Source: an uncultured Candidatus Saccharibacteria bacterium
GTDB taxonomy: Bacteria > Patescibacteriota > Minisyncoccia > Phycocordibacterales > SBAW01
Direction of reading: 5' to 3'
Length of the DNA: 39,245 nucleotides
Assembly: GCA_964349995.1 (NCBI GenBank)
Contig: CAYGIN010000001.1
Span: forward strand, 1 to 39,245
The notes beneath the pieces are model-generated. The model saw nothing but the letters and a program-made list of their open reading frames with translations. It had not been told where the DNA came from and ran no database searches. Position numbers and translations under genes: made by a program. This document shows positions 29,798 to 38,824 of this stretch, piece after piece. Position 1 is the stretch's first letter; every line of letters starts with the position of its first letter.

Positions 29798-30817
29798 TTA
29801 GAGACTCGTCAGTTTGTAATCGGCAGGTGCAGCTTTTAGATATTCTTCAAGTTTTTCTCGGCGTAGGAGTCCTTTTTGTGCGCCAACTTCCTGTACAACA
29901 GACATTGCATTTATGGGCGCCCAGAGAAGTGCTTCCTGAAATGGTTTTCCAAGAGCCAAGGCTGCAGCAACAGTTGATGCAAATGCATCACCGGCACCTG
30001 TGCGTTCAAAAGGGGCACGAGAATCTGGATACATAGGTACATACCAATATGCGCCTTGCTCATCGCGCGCATACGCGCCCTTGCGGTCGTCAGTAATGAT
30101 AATAAATCGAGGGCCGAGTGCATGTAATCCATTAAGGAGTACTTTCTTGTCGTCAGTCGGTTGAAGCCCTAGTATGCGCTCCGACTCTTGCTTGTTGCAC
30201 ACAAATAATTCTGTGCGCGCGTAAATATCTTTGAGAGCTTCGACACCAAGTTTCATTTGGAATGTCCCGGGTTGAAAGGCGAGTTTGGTATCTGGGTGCT
30301 GCACGATCCACTCTGCAATTTGCAGGTGGTAGGGAAGTGAGTTGTCGGCGAGTGAAGAAAGATATATCCATTTTGTATTATTTGGAATTTCAGGAAGGCG
30401 GTAGTCGTAATTTTCATGCTTCACCAAAATGGTGCGCTCAGTCTCATACCACAAAACATAGTGGTAGTTACTCGGCCTTGTTGGATCCTTGACCATATAT
30501 GAAATATCGACACCTTCTTTTTTAAGTACAGCGAGACAGTCTTCACCATACCTGTCTTCGCCAATATAGGCTCGCAGAGTTGCTTTTACTCCGAGTCTTG
30601 AAGCTGAGACTGCTGCATTTGAAGCATTTCCAACCGCCGCTGCAATCTCGAAATAGTCGTAGGGTATTTTGTCGCCCCAACGCATGCAGATTTCGCAGGT
30701 TTCGTCATTTATATTGCAATGCACTCGCGCTTCTTTAAGCCGAATAAACGGCTCAGTGACAATGTCACCAATAGCAAAGAAATCTATAGAACCATCCATA
30801 GAGTGATTATATCTCAT
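29798..30817 (-). CDS. PfkB-family carbohydrate/nucleoside kinase
   Basis: FFAIGDIVTEPF at the N-terminus and TGAGDAFASTVAAAL near the C-terminus. The true start may be ATG 30799 (MDGSIDFF), which lies 6 nt downstream of a minus-strand TATAAT. Confidence 0.85.
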   Translation of the reverse strand: MRYNHSMDGSIDFFAIGDIVTEPFIRLKEARVHCNINDETCEICMRWGDKIPYDYFEIAAAVGNASNAAVSASRLGVKATLRAYIGEDRYGEDCLAVLKKEGVDISYMVKDPTRPSNYHYVLWYETERTILVKHENYDYRLPEIPNNTKWIYLSSLADNSLPYHLQIAEWIVQHPDTKLAFQPGTFQMKLGVEALKDIYARTELFVCNKQESERILGLQPTDDKKVLLNGLHALGPRFIIITDDRKGAYARDEQGAYWYVPMYPDSRAPFERTGAGDAFASTVAAALALGKPFQEALLWAPINAMSVVQEVGAQKGLLRREKLEEYLKAAPADYKLTSL

Positions 30818-30824
30818 ATATAAT
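30806..30824. promoter_or_regulatory. Back-to-back TATAAT boxes for the divergent kinase (-) and aldolase (+) genes
   Basis: The plus-strand TATAAT at 30819-30824 is 7 nt before ATG 30832. The minus-strand TATAAT (attata at 30806-30811) is 6 nt before the minus-strand ATG at 30799. Confidence 0.45.
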
Positions 30825-30831
30825 AGAGGCT

Positions 30832-31689
30832 ATGCAAACCTTGAAAGAAGTTATTTCCGAATACAGAAAAGCGGGAAGGGCGCTCGGGCATTTTAATTTT
30901 TCAGATTCAAACCAACTAGGGGCTATAGCCGCAGCTGCAAAAGAAACGGGCCTACCGGTCGTCGTCGGCCTTTCAGAAGGTGAGCGTGAATTTTTTCCAA
31001 TCGCACAAGCTCGCGCCCTCGTTGATTTTTATAATGAGCAGGGGATAGAAATGTATTTGAACGCTGACCACACCTATAGCGTTGAAAAAGTTCAGCAGGC
31101 GATAGTAGATGGAGTTGATTCGGTTGTCGTTGACGGAGCAAAGCTTCCGTTTGAAGAAAACGCGCACTTGCTTTCAACTTCTGTAAAATACGCACGCGCA
31201 AGTGGCCGCGAGGTGTTGGTAGAAGGCGAGCTCGGATATATAGGTATGTCCTCCAATGTCATGCAGTCTCTTCCCGAAGGTGCTGCAATTACCGAAGAAA
31301 TGATGACCAAGCCTGATGAACTGCAAAAGTTGGTCGAAGAAACAGGTATAGACCTAGTTGCACCGGCAGTTGGGAACATTCACGGCATTGTACTCTCCGG
31401 CCAACCAAAACTTTCCATCGCACGTATTGCGGCACTGAACATGGCAGCGGGCGTGCCCTTGGTGTTGCATGGCGGTTCAGGCTCTCCAGACGAAGAATTT
31501 AAACAAGCCATACAAGCGGGAATTGCGATGATCCACATAAACACCGATTTGCGCGTGCTCTACCACGACTCTTTAAAGAAGACATTGGGCGAGGGAAATG
31601 AGACCACCCCATATAAATTTTTAACTCCTTCAGTTGAGATAATGAAAGCCTATGTGGCGGGGAAGATGCGTTTGTTTGCAAATATGTAG
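30832..31689 (+). CDS. fba: Class II fructose/ketose-bisphosphate aldolase
   Basis: Motifs: NADHTYS, EGELGYIG, VGNIHG, LVLHGGSG, IHINTDLR. Confidence 0.9.
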   Translation: MQTLKEVISEYRKAGRALGHFNFSDSNQLGAIAAAAKETGLPVVVGLSEGEREFFPIAQARALVDFYNEQGIEMYLNADHTYSVEKVQQAIVDGVDSVVVDGAKLPFEENAHLLSTSVKYARASGREVLVEGELGYIGMSSNVMQSLPEGAAITEEMMTKPDELQKLVEETGIDLVAPAVGNIHGIVLSGQPKLSIARIAALNMAAGVPLVLHGGSGSPDEEFKQAIQAGIAMIHINTDLRVLYHDSLKKTLGEGNETTPYKFLTPSVEIMKAYVAGKMRLFANM

Positions 31690-31698
31690 GTTTTTAGG

Positions 31699-31704
31699 TA
31701 TATT
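31699..31704 (+). promoter_or_regulatory. TATATT -10 box 8 nt upstream of the L25 start
   Basis: Its spacing is consistent with the leaderless pattern. Confidence 0.4.
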
Positions 31705-31712
31705 GTCCCGAC

Positions 31713-32357
31713 ATGCAACTGGCAGTAGAAAAACGAGATACAGCTATAAAAGCAGCGGCTATCCGCAAGGGCGGCCTTATGCCTGCAGTTGTATACGGTC
31801 GCAGTGAGGAATCAACACCCATTTCCGTATCTCGCAAAGATTTTGAAAAACTATTTAAGACAGCGGGCTCAGCAACTGTGATTACTCTCAAAGGTTTGGG
31901 TGAAGAAAAAGACGCCCTTATCCACGAAGTTTCATTCCATGCAGTGTCTGGCGAACCTCTCCACGCCGATTTTTACGCTATTGAAAAGGGACAGACTGTT
32001 ACGGTATCTGTGCCACTCGAATTTGATGGTGTTTCTCCTGCAGTGAAAGACCTTGGCGGTATCCTTGTCAAAGTTATTCACGAAATTGAAATGGAGGTGC
32101 TTCCAAAAGACCTTCCAAACCTTATCCACGTAGATATTTCAAAGCTTCAGACTCTCGACGGCAAGATTTTCGTATCAGACTTGAAGCTCCCATCAAGCGC
32201 TATCATTAGCATTCCGACCGACGAAGTGGTTGCGATGATTGATACCGCCAAAGAAGAAGTTGAAGAAAGCGCCCCTATGGACCTTTCAGCTATTGAAACC
32301 AGCGTTGAACGCGGCAAGAAAGAGGAGGATGAAGCTCCCACAGACACTGCTGAATAA
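31713..32357 (+). CDS. rplY: Ribosomal protein L25/Ctc
   Basis: The N-terminus contains RKGGLMPAVVYG, the body is L25-like, and the C-terminal tail is acidic. Confidence 0.9.
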   Translation: MQLAVEKRDTAIKAAAIRKGGLMPAVVYGRSEESTPISVSRKDFEKLFKTAGSATVITLKGLGEEKDALIHEVSFHAVSGEPLHADFYAIEKGQTVTVSVPLEFDGVSPAVKDLGGILVKVIHEIEMEVLPKDLPNLIHVDISKLQTLDGKIFVSDLKLPSSAIISIPTDEVVAMIDTAKEEVEESAPMDLSAIETSVERGKKEEDEAPTDTAE

Positions 32358-32384
32358 AAAGTCGCCCACAGGGCGACTTTTTTG
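32356..32384 (+). terminator. Rho-independent terminator after rplY
   Basis: Stem gtcgccc (32361-32367) pairs with gggcgac (32371-32377) around loop aca. It is followed by tttttt and preceded by aaaaa. Confidence 0.8.
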
Positions 32385-32397
32385 ATACACTGATGAG

Positions 32398-33774
32398 ATG
32401 GATACGAGAAAGGGGCGGCTGCTTGTGGCGGCTCTAGCGATAGCCTTCTTAAGTGTGATCGCATTGCAGCAGCCCATGGCTGCTGAGGCTCAGGGCACAG
32501 GAGGTGTCGACAACTATCGTGCACAACTCCAAGCGCAGTTGAGTGATTTGGAAAAACAAATCTCGGAGCAGCAGACTATTCTCGACAGTGCACAGAAACA
32601 GCAGCAGTCGCTCTCTCGCGATATCAGCATCCTAAACGCAGGCATCAAACAAGCACAACTTGCAATTCAGGCGCGTACATTGGTTATCCAGCAACTGACG
32701 TCGGGCATAGGAGACAAACAAAATAAAATATTTAGTCTCAATTCGCAATATAATGCAGAACTCGAATCGTTGGCGGCTATCATGCGCGAAAAGAATCAGC
32801 TCGACACAGCCTCTTTGGTCATAGTGGCACTGTCATCACAGGATGTGTCCGAGTTTTTTTCCGACCTCGACACATTTGACCAGATAAACGCACATCTTCA
32901 AGAGTCGTTTATGGAGATTACTGACACGCGCACGCAGACCGAAGCAGAAAAGGCGGATTTAGAGGAACAACTTGAAGAGGAAACGCAGCTACGCCAGGTC
33001 CAACAACTCCAACAGCAGCAGATACAAAAACAGCAGGCGCAAAAGCAGAAAATTTTAGCTGATACAAAGGGTCAAGAAAAAGCATACCAGGCCATAATCG
33101 CGCAAAAACAAAAGTCTGCTGCGCAAATACGCACTGCACTTTTCCAACTCACGGGTTCTGCGGCAATCCCATTCAGCACCGCACTTGAGTATGCAAATCA
33201 GGCAAGCAAGGAAACAGGTATCCGCCCCGCATTTCTTTTGGCAATAATCCGCGTGGAATCAAACCTAGGACAGAATGTGGGTACTGGTGTATGGACTGTC
33301 GATATGAAATCGCCTCGCGATACTGTGCCCTTCCAAGCGATTGCTGCGAGCTTGGGACTTAATCCAAACACTCTGCCAGTGTCTAAGAAGCCGTGGTATG
33401 GGTACGGAGGAGCTATGGGTCCTGCGCAGTTTATTCCTTCAACGTGGGCGCTCTATGCAGGATATGCTGCGCCGGACTACACATACAATCAAGCGAAAGA
33501 CCGTGTCGGCAAACGTACTGGCAACACCCCACCCAATCCTTGGGAACCTGAAGATGCCTTTATGGCAGCAGCAATTTATTTGACCGACAACGATGCAGAT
33601 AAGCAGACAACGGCGGCGGAATTTAAGGCGGCCATGTGTTACTTGGCTGGTTGTGGCAATGTAAACAATAAAAGCCTCCAGTTTTATGGCCAGCAGGTCG
33701 CTGACTTTGCAGTGGAATATCAGTGTCAGATAGACATCATCAGCGGAAATTCAGGCAGTAAGGCTTGCAGTTAG
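32398..33774 (+). CDS. Secreted coiled-coil protein with a C-terminal lytic transglycosylase-like (SLT/MltB-type) domain
   Basis: A signal peptide is followed by a long Gln-rich coiled coil. The C-terminal part contains IRPAFLLAIIRVESNLGQ (putative catalytic Glu) and GAMGPAQFIPSTW. Confidence 0.8.
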   Translation: MDTRKGRLLVAALAIAFLSVIALQQPMAAEAQGTGGVDNYRAQLQAQLSDLEKQISEQQTILDSAQKQQQSLSRDISILNAGIKQAQLAIQARTLVIQQLTSGIGDKQNKIFSLNSQYNAELESLAAIMREKNQLDTASLVIVALSSQDVSEFFSDLDTFDQINAHLQESFMEITDTRTQTEAEKADLEEQLEEETQLRQVQQLQQQQIQKQQAQKQKILADTKGQEKAYQAIIAQKQKSAAQIRTALFQLTGSAAIPFSTALEYANQASKETGIRPAFLLAIIRVESNLGQNVGTGVWTVDMKSPRDTVPFQAIAASLGLNPNTLPVSKKPWYGYGGAMGPAQFIPSTWALYAGYAAPDYTYNQAKDRVGKRTGNTPPNPWEPEDAFMAAAIYLTDNDADKQTTAAEFKAAMCYLAGCGNVNNKSLQFYGQQVADFAVEYQCQIDIISGNSGSKACS

Positions 33775-33791
33775 GGCACTTTCCAAGGTCC

Positions 33792-33819
33792 TTGATTTTC
33801 AGTTTCGGTGTGCTAAAAT
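33792..33819 (+). promoter_or_regulatory. Sigma70-like promoter TTGATT - 16 nt - (TGc)TAAAAT, ending 6 nt before the rpmE ATG
   Basis: The -35 is at 33792-33797. An extended -10 TG is at 33811-33812 and the -10 is at 33814-33819. The ATG is at 33826. Confidence 0.55.
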
Positions 33820-33825
33820 ACACAT

Positions 33826-34035
33826 ATGAAAGCAGAAACCCACCCAACATATTTCGCGGAAGCAAAGGTCACGTGTGTATGTGGCAATAGCTTTACTGTT
33901 GGCTCAACCAAGGAATCTCTGAAGGTTGAAATCTGCAGCGCATGCCATCCGTTCTACACTGGCAACGAAAAAATCCTCGACACTGCCGGTCGCGTGGAGA
34001 AATTCAAGCAACGCCGCGCTGCTGCAAAGAAGTAA
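33826..34035 (+). CDS. rpmE: Ribosomal protein L31
   Basis: It begins MKAETHPTY and contains CVCGNSF...[10 protein letters not shown]. Confidence 0.95.
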   Translation: MKAETHPTYFAEAKVTCVCGNSFTVGSTKESLKVEICSACHPFYTGNEKILDTAGRVEKFKQRRAAAKK

Positions 34036-34048
34036 GAACGCATGCTTT

Positions 34049-34081
34049 AAACACCTATGCCCAAAAGACATAGGTGTTTTT
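34049..34081 (+). terminator. Rho-independent terminator after rpmE
   Basis: Stem cacctatg (34052-34059) pairs with cataggtg (34069-34076) around a 9-nt loop, followed by ttttt. Confidence 0.75.
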
Positions 34082-34097
34082 AGCTACCACAACGAAT

Positions 34098-35075
34098 ATG
34101 GACATAGATATAGCTAAATATAAAGAAAACCCAAAGACTGCATATTTTGCAGTTGAGCTTGAACGCTTGCTTGCAGAAGAAGTAGAAGTAAAAGAACTCG
34201 CGGCGGGGGACTTAGGTGAGCTTGCAAAAGATGATCTTGCTCGCATTGAAGATCAAAAAGCTGCGCTCATCGCAGAAATAGAAAAAATCCTCGAGAAAGA
34301 AAAACAGGAAGAGGAATTTCCAAACGAATCCATTATGGAAATCCGCGCTGGCACGGGCGGCGAAGAAGCAGCTTTGTTTGCCGAGGAGCTTTCACACATG
34401 TACCGTGCCTATGCTGAGAGCTTGGGCTGGCAGGTGCGCATACTCTCAGAATCGAAAACAGATTTGGGTGGATACAAGGAAGTGATACTCGAGCTCAAAG
34501 GGCTTGGTGTATACAAACGCATGCGTTTTGAAACAGGCGTGCACCGCATCCAGCGCATCCCAGCTACGGAAAAATCTGGCCGCGTCCATACCTCAACTGC
34601 CTCAGTTGCGATGCTTCCTATTCGCAAAAAGCACACTATCGAGATAAACCCCGGTGATATTGAAATGGAATTTTCGCGCGCAGGCGGTGCAGGTGGACAG
34701 AACGTCAACAAGGTGGAAACGGCAGTGCGTATTGTGCACAAACCTACTGGCATTGAGGCGCGCTCACAGTCAGAGCGTAACCAGCTTGGGAACCGCGAAA
34801 AAGCGATGGGGGTGTTGCTTGCAAAACTTGAACAGTACGAAGAAGAGAAAGCGCGATCAAAACTCTCCGCTGACCGTAAGGAACAAATAGGCACAGGTAG
34901 TCGCTCTGAAAAGATCCGTACCTACAACATCCTCCAGGACCGCATTACGGACCACCGCCTCAAGGAAAGTTGGCACAATCTACCCATTATCTTCCAGGGG
35001 AACCTGGACCCAATCCTTGATGCCCTGGCAGCCGCAGAGGGGAATTTCAGCGAAGCCGAAGAAGTTGCAGACTAG
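34098..35075 (+). CDS. prfA: Peptide chain release factor 1
   Basis: It has a PAT tripeptide ([12 protein letters not shown]), the RF1-type stop-codon recognition motif, and the GGQ motif ([14 protein letters not shown]). I chose start ATG 34098, because the GTG 34074 ORF start lies inside the terminator. Confidence 0.93.
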   Translation: MDIDIAKYKENPKTAYFAVELERLLAEEVEVKELAAGDLGELAKDDLARIEDQKAALIAEIEKILEKEKQEEEFPNESIMEIRAGTGGEEAALFAEELSHMYRAYAESLGWQVRILSESKTDLGGYKEVILELKGLGVYKRMRFETGVHRIQRIPATEKSGRVHTSTASVAMLPIRKKHTIEINPGDIEMEFSRAGGAGGQNVNKVETAVRIVHKPTGIEARSQSERNQLGNREKAMGVLLAKLEQYEEEKARSKLSADRKEQIGTGSRSEKIRTYNILQDRITDHRLKESWHNLPIIFQGNLDPILDALAAAEGNFSEAEEVAD

Positions 35076-35105
35076 AGGCCAACATGGTAACTTAGCTGGG
35101 TCTCT

Positions 35106-35831
35106 ATGGAAGGAAATAAAACGATAATCGACACGTTGTTCAAGCTTGGCGCCCACTTCGGGTATGCGCCATCACGCCGCCACCCTTCGGTGGCTCCTTA
35201 TATTTTTGGTACAAAAGGCGGTACGGAGCTCTTTGACTTGGAGCAGACCGCACAGTCTCTCAGCGAAGCTCTCGAGATCGTAAAAACTCTTGCAAATGGC
35301 CGTAAGGTTATCCTTTTTGTCGGCGGTAAAGCAGAGTCACGCGAACCACTAAAACGCGCAGCAGAACGCCTTAACTTGCCGTATGTTGCATCTCGCTGGA
35401 TCGGCGGCACGCTCACTAACTTTTCTGAAATCAAGAAGCGCCTTAATCTTTTGTCAGAGCAGACCGACCAGCGCGAAAAAGGCGAGCTTGCAAAATTCAC
35501 TAAACATGAACGTTTGCTCATCGACCGCAATATCGTAGACCTTGAACGCATGTTCGGAGGCCTTAAGGGTATGAACAAAATTCCTGACGCACTCTTTATC
35601 ATCGACCCAGGACACGAGAAGGGTGCAATCGCTGAAGCAGTTCAGCTCGGCATCCCTGTTATTGCACTTCTCAACACTGACTGCGATATGGCTGGTGTAA
35701 CACACCCAATCCCTGCTAACGACTCTTCTTCACACGTTATCTCGTATGTACTCGATGAGGTAGCAAAGGCATACGAGCAGAATATTGGAACAGCAACGAA
35801 TCCTGAGTCGCTCGCAGCGCAGACAAACTAG
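35106..35831 (+). CDS. rpsB: Ribosomal protein S2
   Basis: Motifs: LFKLGAHFGY, IFGTKGGTELFDLEQT, FVGGK, WIGGTLTNF. Confidence 0.95.
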   Translation: MEGNKTIIDTLFKLGAHFGYAPSRRHPSVAPYIFGTKGGTELFDLEQTAQSLSEALEIVKTLANGRKVILFVGGKAESREPLKRAAERLNLPYVASRWIGGTLTNFSEIKKRLNLLSEQTDQREKGELAKFTKHERLLIDRNIVDLERMFGGLKGMNKIPDALFIIDPGHEKGAIAEAVQLGIPVIALLNTDCDMAGVTHPIPANDSSSHVISYVLDEVAKAYEQNIGTATNPESLAAQTN

Positions 35832-35862
35832 TTTACGTTTTTACTAAATAAGCTTGTTCTCT

Positions 35863-36318
35863 ATGGAAATAACTACTGAAGCAGTAAAAGAATTGCGCGA
35901 CAAGACTGGTATTTCAGTTATGGAATGCAAAAAGGCGCTTACAGAAGCGGGTGGCGATATGGAAAAGGCTATGGAAGTCCTTAAGACACGCTCAGCCGCT
36001 ATGGTTGCAAAGAAGTCAGACCGCGAGCTTGCTGCGGGCACAGTCGTTTCCTACATCCACAACGCAGGCCAGGTGGGCTCGATGGTAGTACTCTGCTCGG
36101 AGACAGACTTCGTATCAAAGAATCCTGAATTTGAAGCTCTCGCACGTGACATTGCTATGCACGTAGCTGCAATGCGCACCGAGTCTGTTGAAGCACTTCT
36201 CTCTGAAGCCTTTATCAAAGACCCATCAAAAACTATTACAGACCTGCTCGCCTCGGCGACGCAGAAGTTCGGTGAGCGTGTTGAAGTCAGCAAGATAAGT
36301 TGTCTTGCAGTTCACTAA
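35863..36318 (+). CDS. tsf: Elongation factor Ts, short form (151 aa)
   Basis: The UBA-like N-terminus is ITTEAVKELRDKTGISVMECKKALTEAGGDMEKAMEVLK, followed by SYIHNAGQVGSMVVLCSETDFVSKN. The ORF opens at TTG 35854 and the first ATG is at 35863. Confidence 0.9.
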   Translation: MEITTEAVKELRDKTGISVMECKKALTEAGGDMEKAMEVLKTRSAAMVAKKSDRELAAGTVVSYIHNAGQVGSMVVLCSETDFVSKNPEFEALARDIAMHVAAMRTESVEALLSEAFIKDPSKTITDLLASATQKFGERVEVSKISCLAVH

Positions 36319-36333
36319 TGCTAGACTAAACCC

Positions 36334-36762
36334 ATGGTGCTTTTCTTCACCGTATTGTTAGCAATTTCCATCGTCGGACTGGTGTCTTTGCTTGCGATAA
36401 AACGCTGGGAACTGCGCACTGGCAACATGTTGCTTGCAGGTGCACGTCCCCATGTGTCAGAGGTATCACACCGTGTTCTTGTGTGGATCGAGCGTGTGCT
36501 ACCGCACCTTCTAACAGGGCTTGTACGCCGCACAGTGAGCCAAGGAAGTGTTCTTATACACCGTGGGGCAGCACATTCGCTTTTGTGGGCTGAACAGACG
36601 CTGGAGCGCGTATTGGCAAATCTGCGCGGTGTTACGGAGCGACCTCGTAGCAATAAAGAAGCGTCGGCCTTCTTGCGCGAGATAGCTGAGCACAAGCGTC
36701 AGCTTGTGCAAGATAAACAGGAGCGCCCAGTTCAAGAGGAAGAAGAAAGCACAGGGATGTAA
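36334..36762 (+). CDS. Hypothetical N-terminally anchored protein (142 aa)
   Basis: It has a TM helix (VLFFTVLLAISIVGLVSLLAI), then a basic helical region and an acidic tail. Confidence 0.6.
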   Translation: MVLFFTVLLAISIVGLVSLLAIKRWELRTGNMLLAGARPHVSEVSHRVLVWIERVLPHLLTGLVRRTVSQGSVLIHRGAAHSLLWAEQTLERVLANLRGVTERPRSNKEASAFLREIAEHKRQLVQDKQERPVQEEEESTGM

Positions 36763-36773
36763 AATAATAATAC

Positions 36774-36849
36774 GCCGCCTTAGCTCAGTTGGTAGAGCAA
36801 CTCTTTTGTAAAGAGAAGGTCCCCAGTTCAAATCTGGGAGGCGGCTCCA
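36774..36849 (+). tRNA. tRNA-Thr (anticodon UGU) with encoded CCA
   Basis: It folds by hand into a cloverleaf:
- acceptor stem gccgcct/aggcggc
- D arm gctc-agttggta-gagc
- anticodon arm (a)ctct-tttgtaa-agag(a)
- variable loop aggtc
- T arm cccag-ttcaaat-ctggg
- discriminator t, then cca. Confidence 0.85.
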
Positions 36850-36864
36850 AGAAAAACAAATGGT

Positions 36865-37536
36865 TTAGTTCGAAGATTGTGTGGTCGAAGTAGCAAGAGT
36901 CTTTAACTCTGGCATAAGGGTCTGGAGCTGGTCGAGCGGCTTAAAGCCAAACACAGGGCGGCGGCCATTTATAATGTATGCAGGCAAAGGCCCCGATACT
37001 TTATAGAGCGACTCAAGAGTCTTGAGGGCTGAAAGGTCAAGGTTGTAGTCGAAGGAATATACGCGCAGGCCTGGATAGGTTTCGCGGAGGTAGGTAAGCA
37101 CCTGTCCCGCTTCGGCGCACTGTGTGCAGTCACCAGCGTTTGAATAGAAGTACAGGATATAGGCTGGCTTCAAATTACATTTTTTAGAAATCTGCTCGAG
37201 CAGCAAGTAGTCTTTAATCTCAAGCAGCGAGTACTGCTTTTTGAGCAATATAACCTGCTTGTTATCTGAACCGAGATTTTGTTCTGCAACGGAAAGGCGT
37301 GACGCGAGAGAGTTAAGTTCGTCGGACAAGATGTCGTTTTCTTCGATGGTTTTGCAGTCGAGGTTGCCGAGCAAATCAAATTGGGTTTCTGAAGAAAGGA
37401 TGTCTATGGCGATGCTCTGTTCCGTCGCGGCAATATCAGCTATGCGCGCCTGGTTAAAGCGCCACGCAGCATAAAAAGCGGTGGCAAAGATAGCCGTCGT
37501 TATAGCCAATGCGAGTAAGTATTTTTTCCAAGCCAT
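36865..37536 (-). CDS. Membrane-anchored thioredoxin-fold protein with a CTQC motif (DsbA/TlpA-like)
   Basis: It has a TM helix (LLALAITTAIFATAFYAAW) and a coiled segment. The thioredoxin-like part reads ILYFYSNAGDCTQCAEAG...GPLPAYIING, a CxxC plus a cis-Pro-like layout. I chose start ATG 37536 to avoid overlap with the upstream gene. Confidence 0.6.
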   Translation of the reverse strand: MAWKKYLLALAITTAIFATAFYAAWRFNQARIADIAATEQSIAIDILSSETQFDLLGNLDCKTIEENDILSDELNSLASRLSVAEQNLGSDNKQVILLKKQYSLLEIKDYLLLEQISKKCNLKPAYILYFYSNAGDCTQCAEAGQVLTYLRETYPGLRVYSFDYNLDLSALKTLESLYKVSGPLPAYIINGRRPVFGFKPLDQLQTLMPELKTLATSTTQSSN

Positions 37537-37550
37537 TGTGATGTATCGCG

Positions 37551-38795
37551 TTAGGTGAGCCACCCGCGTTCCTTGGACAATACAGTATCCCAGCCTGCAC
37601 GCGCAAGCCAGAACGGTGCGACGAATCCGTATAACAAGAAATAGGACACAAATGAGACAAGGGTCAGTTTGGTGCCCGAAATGCGTTGCCCAATGAATAT
37701 TGCGGTGAATGTCATGCCCAGTACGAACACAATAAGGAAGGTAAGCATGCTGGTATCAATCACATAGAGCCACTGAGGTTGTTGGGTGGGCAGTGAAAGG
37801 GAAATTGGCACGTGCGTCTGCCAGAGATCATATGTCTTTGAGATCACATACGAACTAAGGCTCCACGCTGCGTAGCCTGCAGTGTATAGGCCGGCCGCAA
37901 ACCCAGCGAGGCCAAGTGGCAATGCCAGCATTCCGAAGTTTCCATATTTCTTATTGAAATATACATACGAATAGTCGCGAGAGTTTTCGAGGAAGCCGCG
38001 TGACCAACGAGTGCGCTGGCGGATAAGTGCGCCGACGGTTTTGGGAACATTGGTATGAACGAAGGCGGTGTGGACATTCACCAGTTTGAGTCCGTGAACA
38101 TGTATGCGGAAGGCCATTTCCATATCTTCGGTGTGGTGGGCTTTGCGGAATGGACCGACTATTGAAAACAATGTGCGGCGGTAAATGGAGAAAGGTCCTG
38201 GAAGAACGGAGATTGCATTTATATTGTCGAACATCTTCTTATAAAAAATACCGAAGGTGTATTCCACCGACTGCATAAGTTCAAGAAAGTTTCGCGGACG
38301 ATTAACTTTCATTGCAGGTGCGGCTGCCATTATCAATGGGTCAGCATTGAATGCTTTTACCATTTCAATAAGTGCGTCTTTCTCTACGAACGAGTCGGCG
38401 TCGAGGCAGCCAACAAGTTCGCTGTCCGAATGTTCGAGGCCAAAGTTGAGTGCAGAATATTTACTGCCTTCATTTTTCTTTTGAAAAATAGAAACTTGTG
38501 GGTTGTTGGCAAACTTCTGTGCAGCTTGAAATGTGTTGTCAGTAGAGCCATCGTCGATAATGACAATTTTAAGTTTTTCCTTTGGGTATTCCATCTCGAG
38601 GAGGGAATCTATCGTGGGGGCAAGCGTATCGCCTTTGTTCCAGCAGGGAACCAAGATAGCAACGCTTGGGTAGTACTCGGGTAAGGCTTTTGTCTTCTTA
38701 GAGGGGCGTTTTTCGAAGAAGGAGATAAGGAGAAAAACCTCGAAGTAGACCGCGAGGAATAGGCACAGGTAAATGCCCCACGTACCGATATCCAT
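37551..38795 (-). CDS. Processive family-2 glycosyltransferase (chitin/cellulose/PNAG-synthase-like)
   Basis: Motifs: VAILVPCWNKG, IIDDGSTDNT, LDADS, EDMEMA, and QRTRWSRG (QxxRW), with N- and C-terminal TM helices. I chose start ATG 38795. The GTG 38891 ORF start would overlap pheS. Confidence 0.85.
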   Translation of the reverse strand: MDIGTWGIYLCLFLAVYFEVFLLISFFEKRPSKKTKALPEYYPSVAILVPCWNKGDTLAPTIDSLLEMEYPKEKLKIVIIDDGSTDNTFQAAQKFANNPQVSIFQKKNEGSKYSALNFGLEHSDSELVGCLDADSFVEKDALIEMVKAFNADPLIMAAAPAMKVNRPRNFLELMQSVEYTFGIFYKKMFDNINAISVLPGPFSIYRRTLFSIVGPFRKAHHTEDMEMAFRIHVHGLKLVNVHTAFVHTNVPKTVGALIRQRTRWSRGFLENSRDYSYVYFNKKYGNFGMLALPLGLAGFAAGLYTAGYAAWSLSSYVISKTYDLWQTHVPISLSLPTQQPQWLYVIDTSMLTFLIVFVLGMTFTAIFIGQRISGTKLTLVSFVSYFLLYGFVAPFWLARAGWDTVLSKERGWLT

Positions 38796-38802
38796 AGAGA
38801 GG

Positions 38803-38817
38803 AGTATACGGTATACT
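38803..38817. promoter_or_regulatory. Back-to-back TATACT boxes (agtatac-g-gtatact) for the divergent GT2 (-) and pheS (+) genes
   Basis: The minus-strand TATACT (38803-38808) is 7 nt from the minus-strand ATG at 38795. The plus-strand TATACT (38812-38817) is 7 nt from ATG 38825. Confidence 0.5.
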
Positions 38818-38824
38818 GGGCCGT

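Noticed and set aside
34074-34097. GTG 34074 as the prfA start
   Set aside because: It lies inside the stem and T tract of the rpmE terminator and adds a hydrophobic MFLATTTN extension. ATG 34098 gives a normal RF1 N-terminus.
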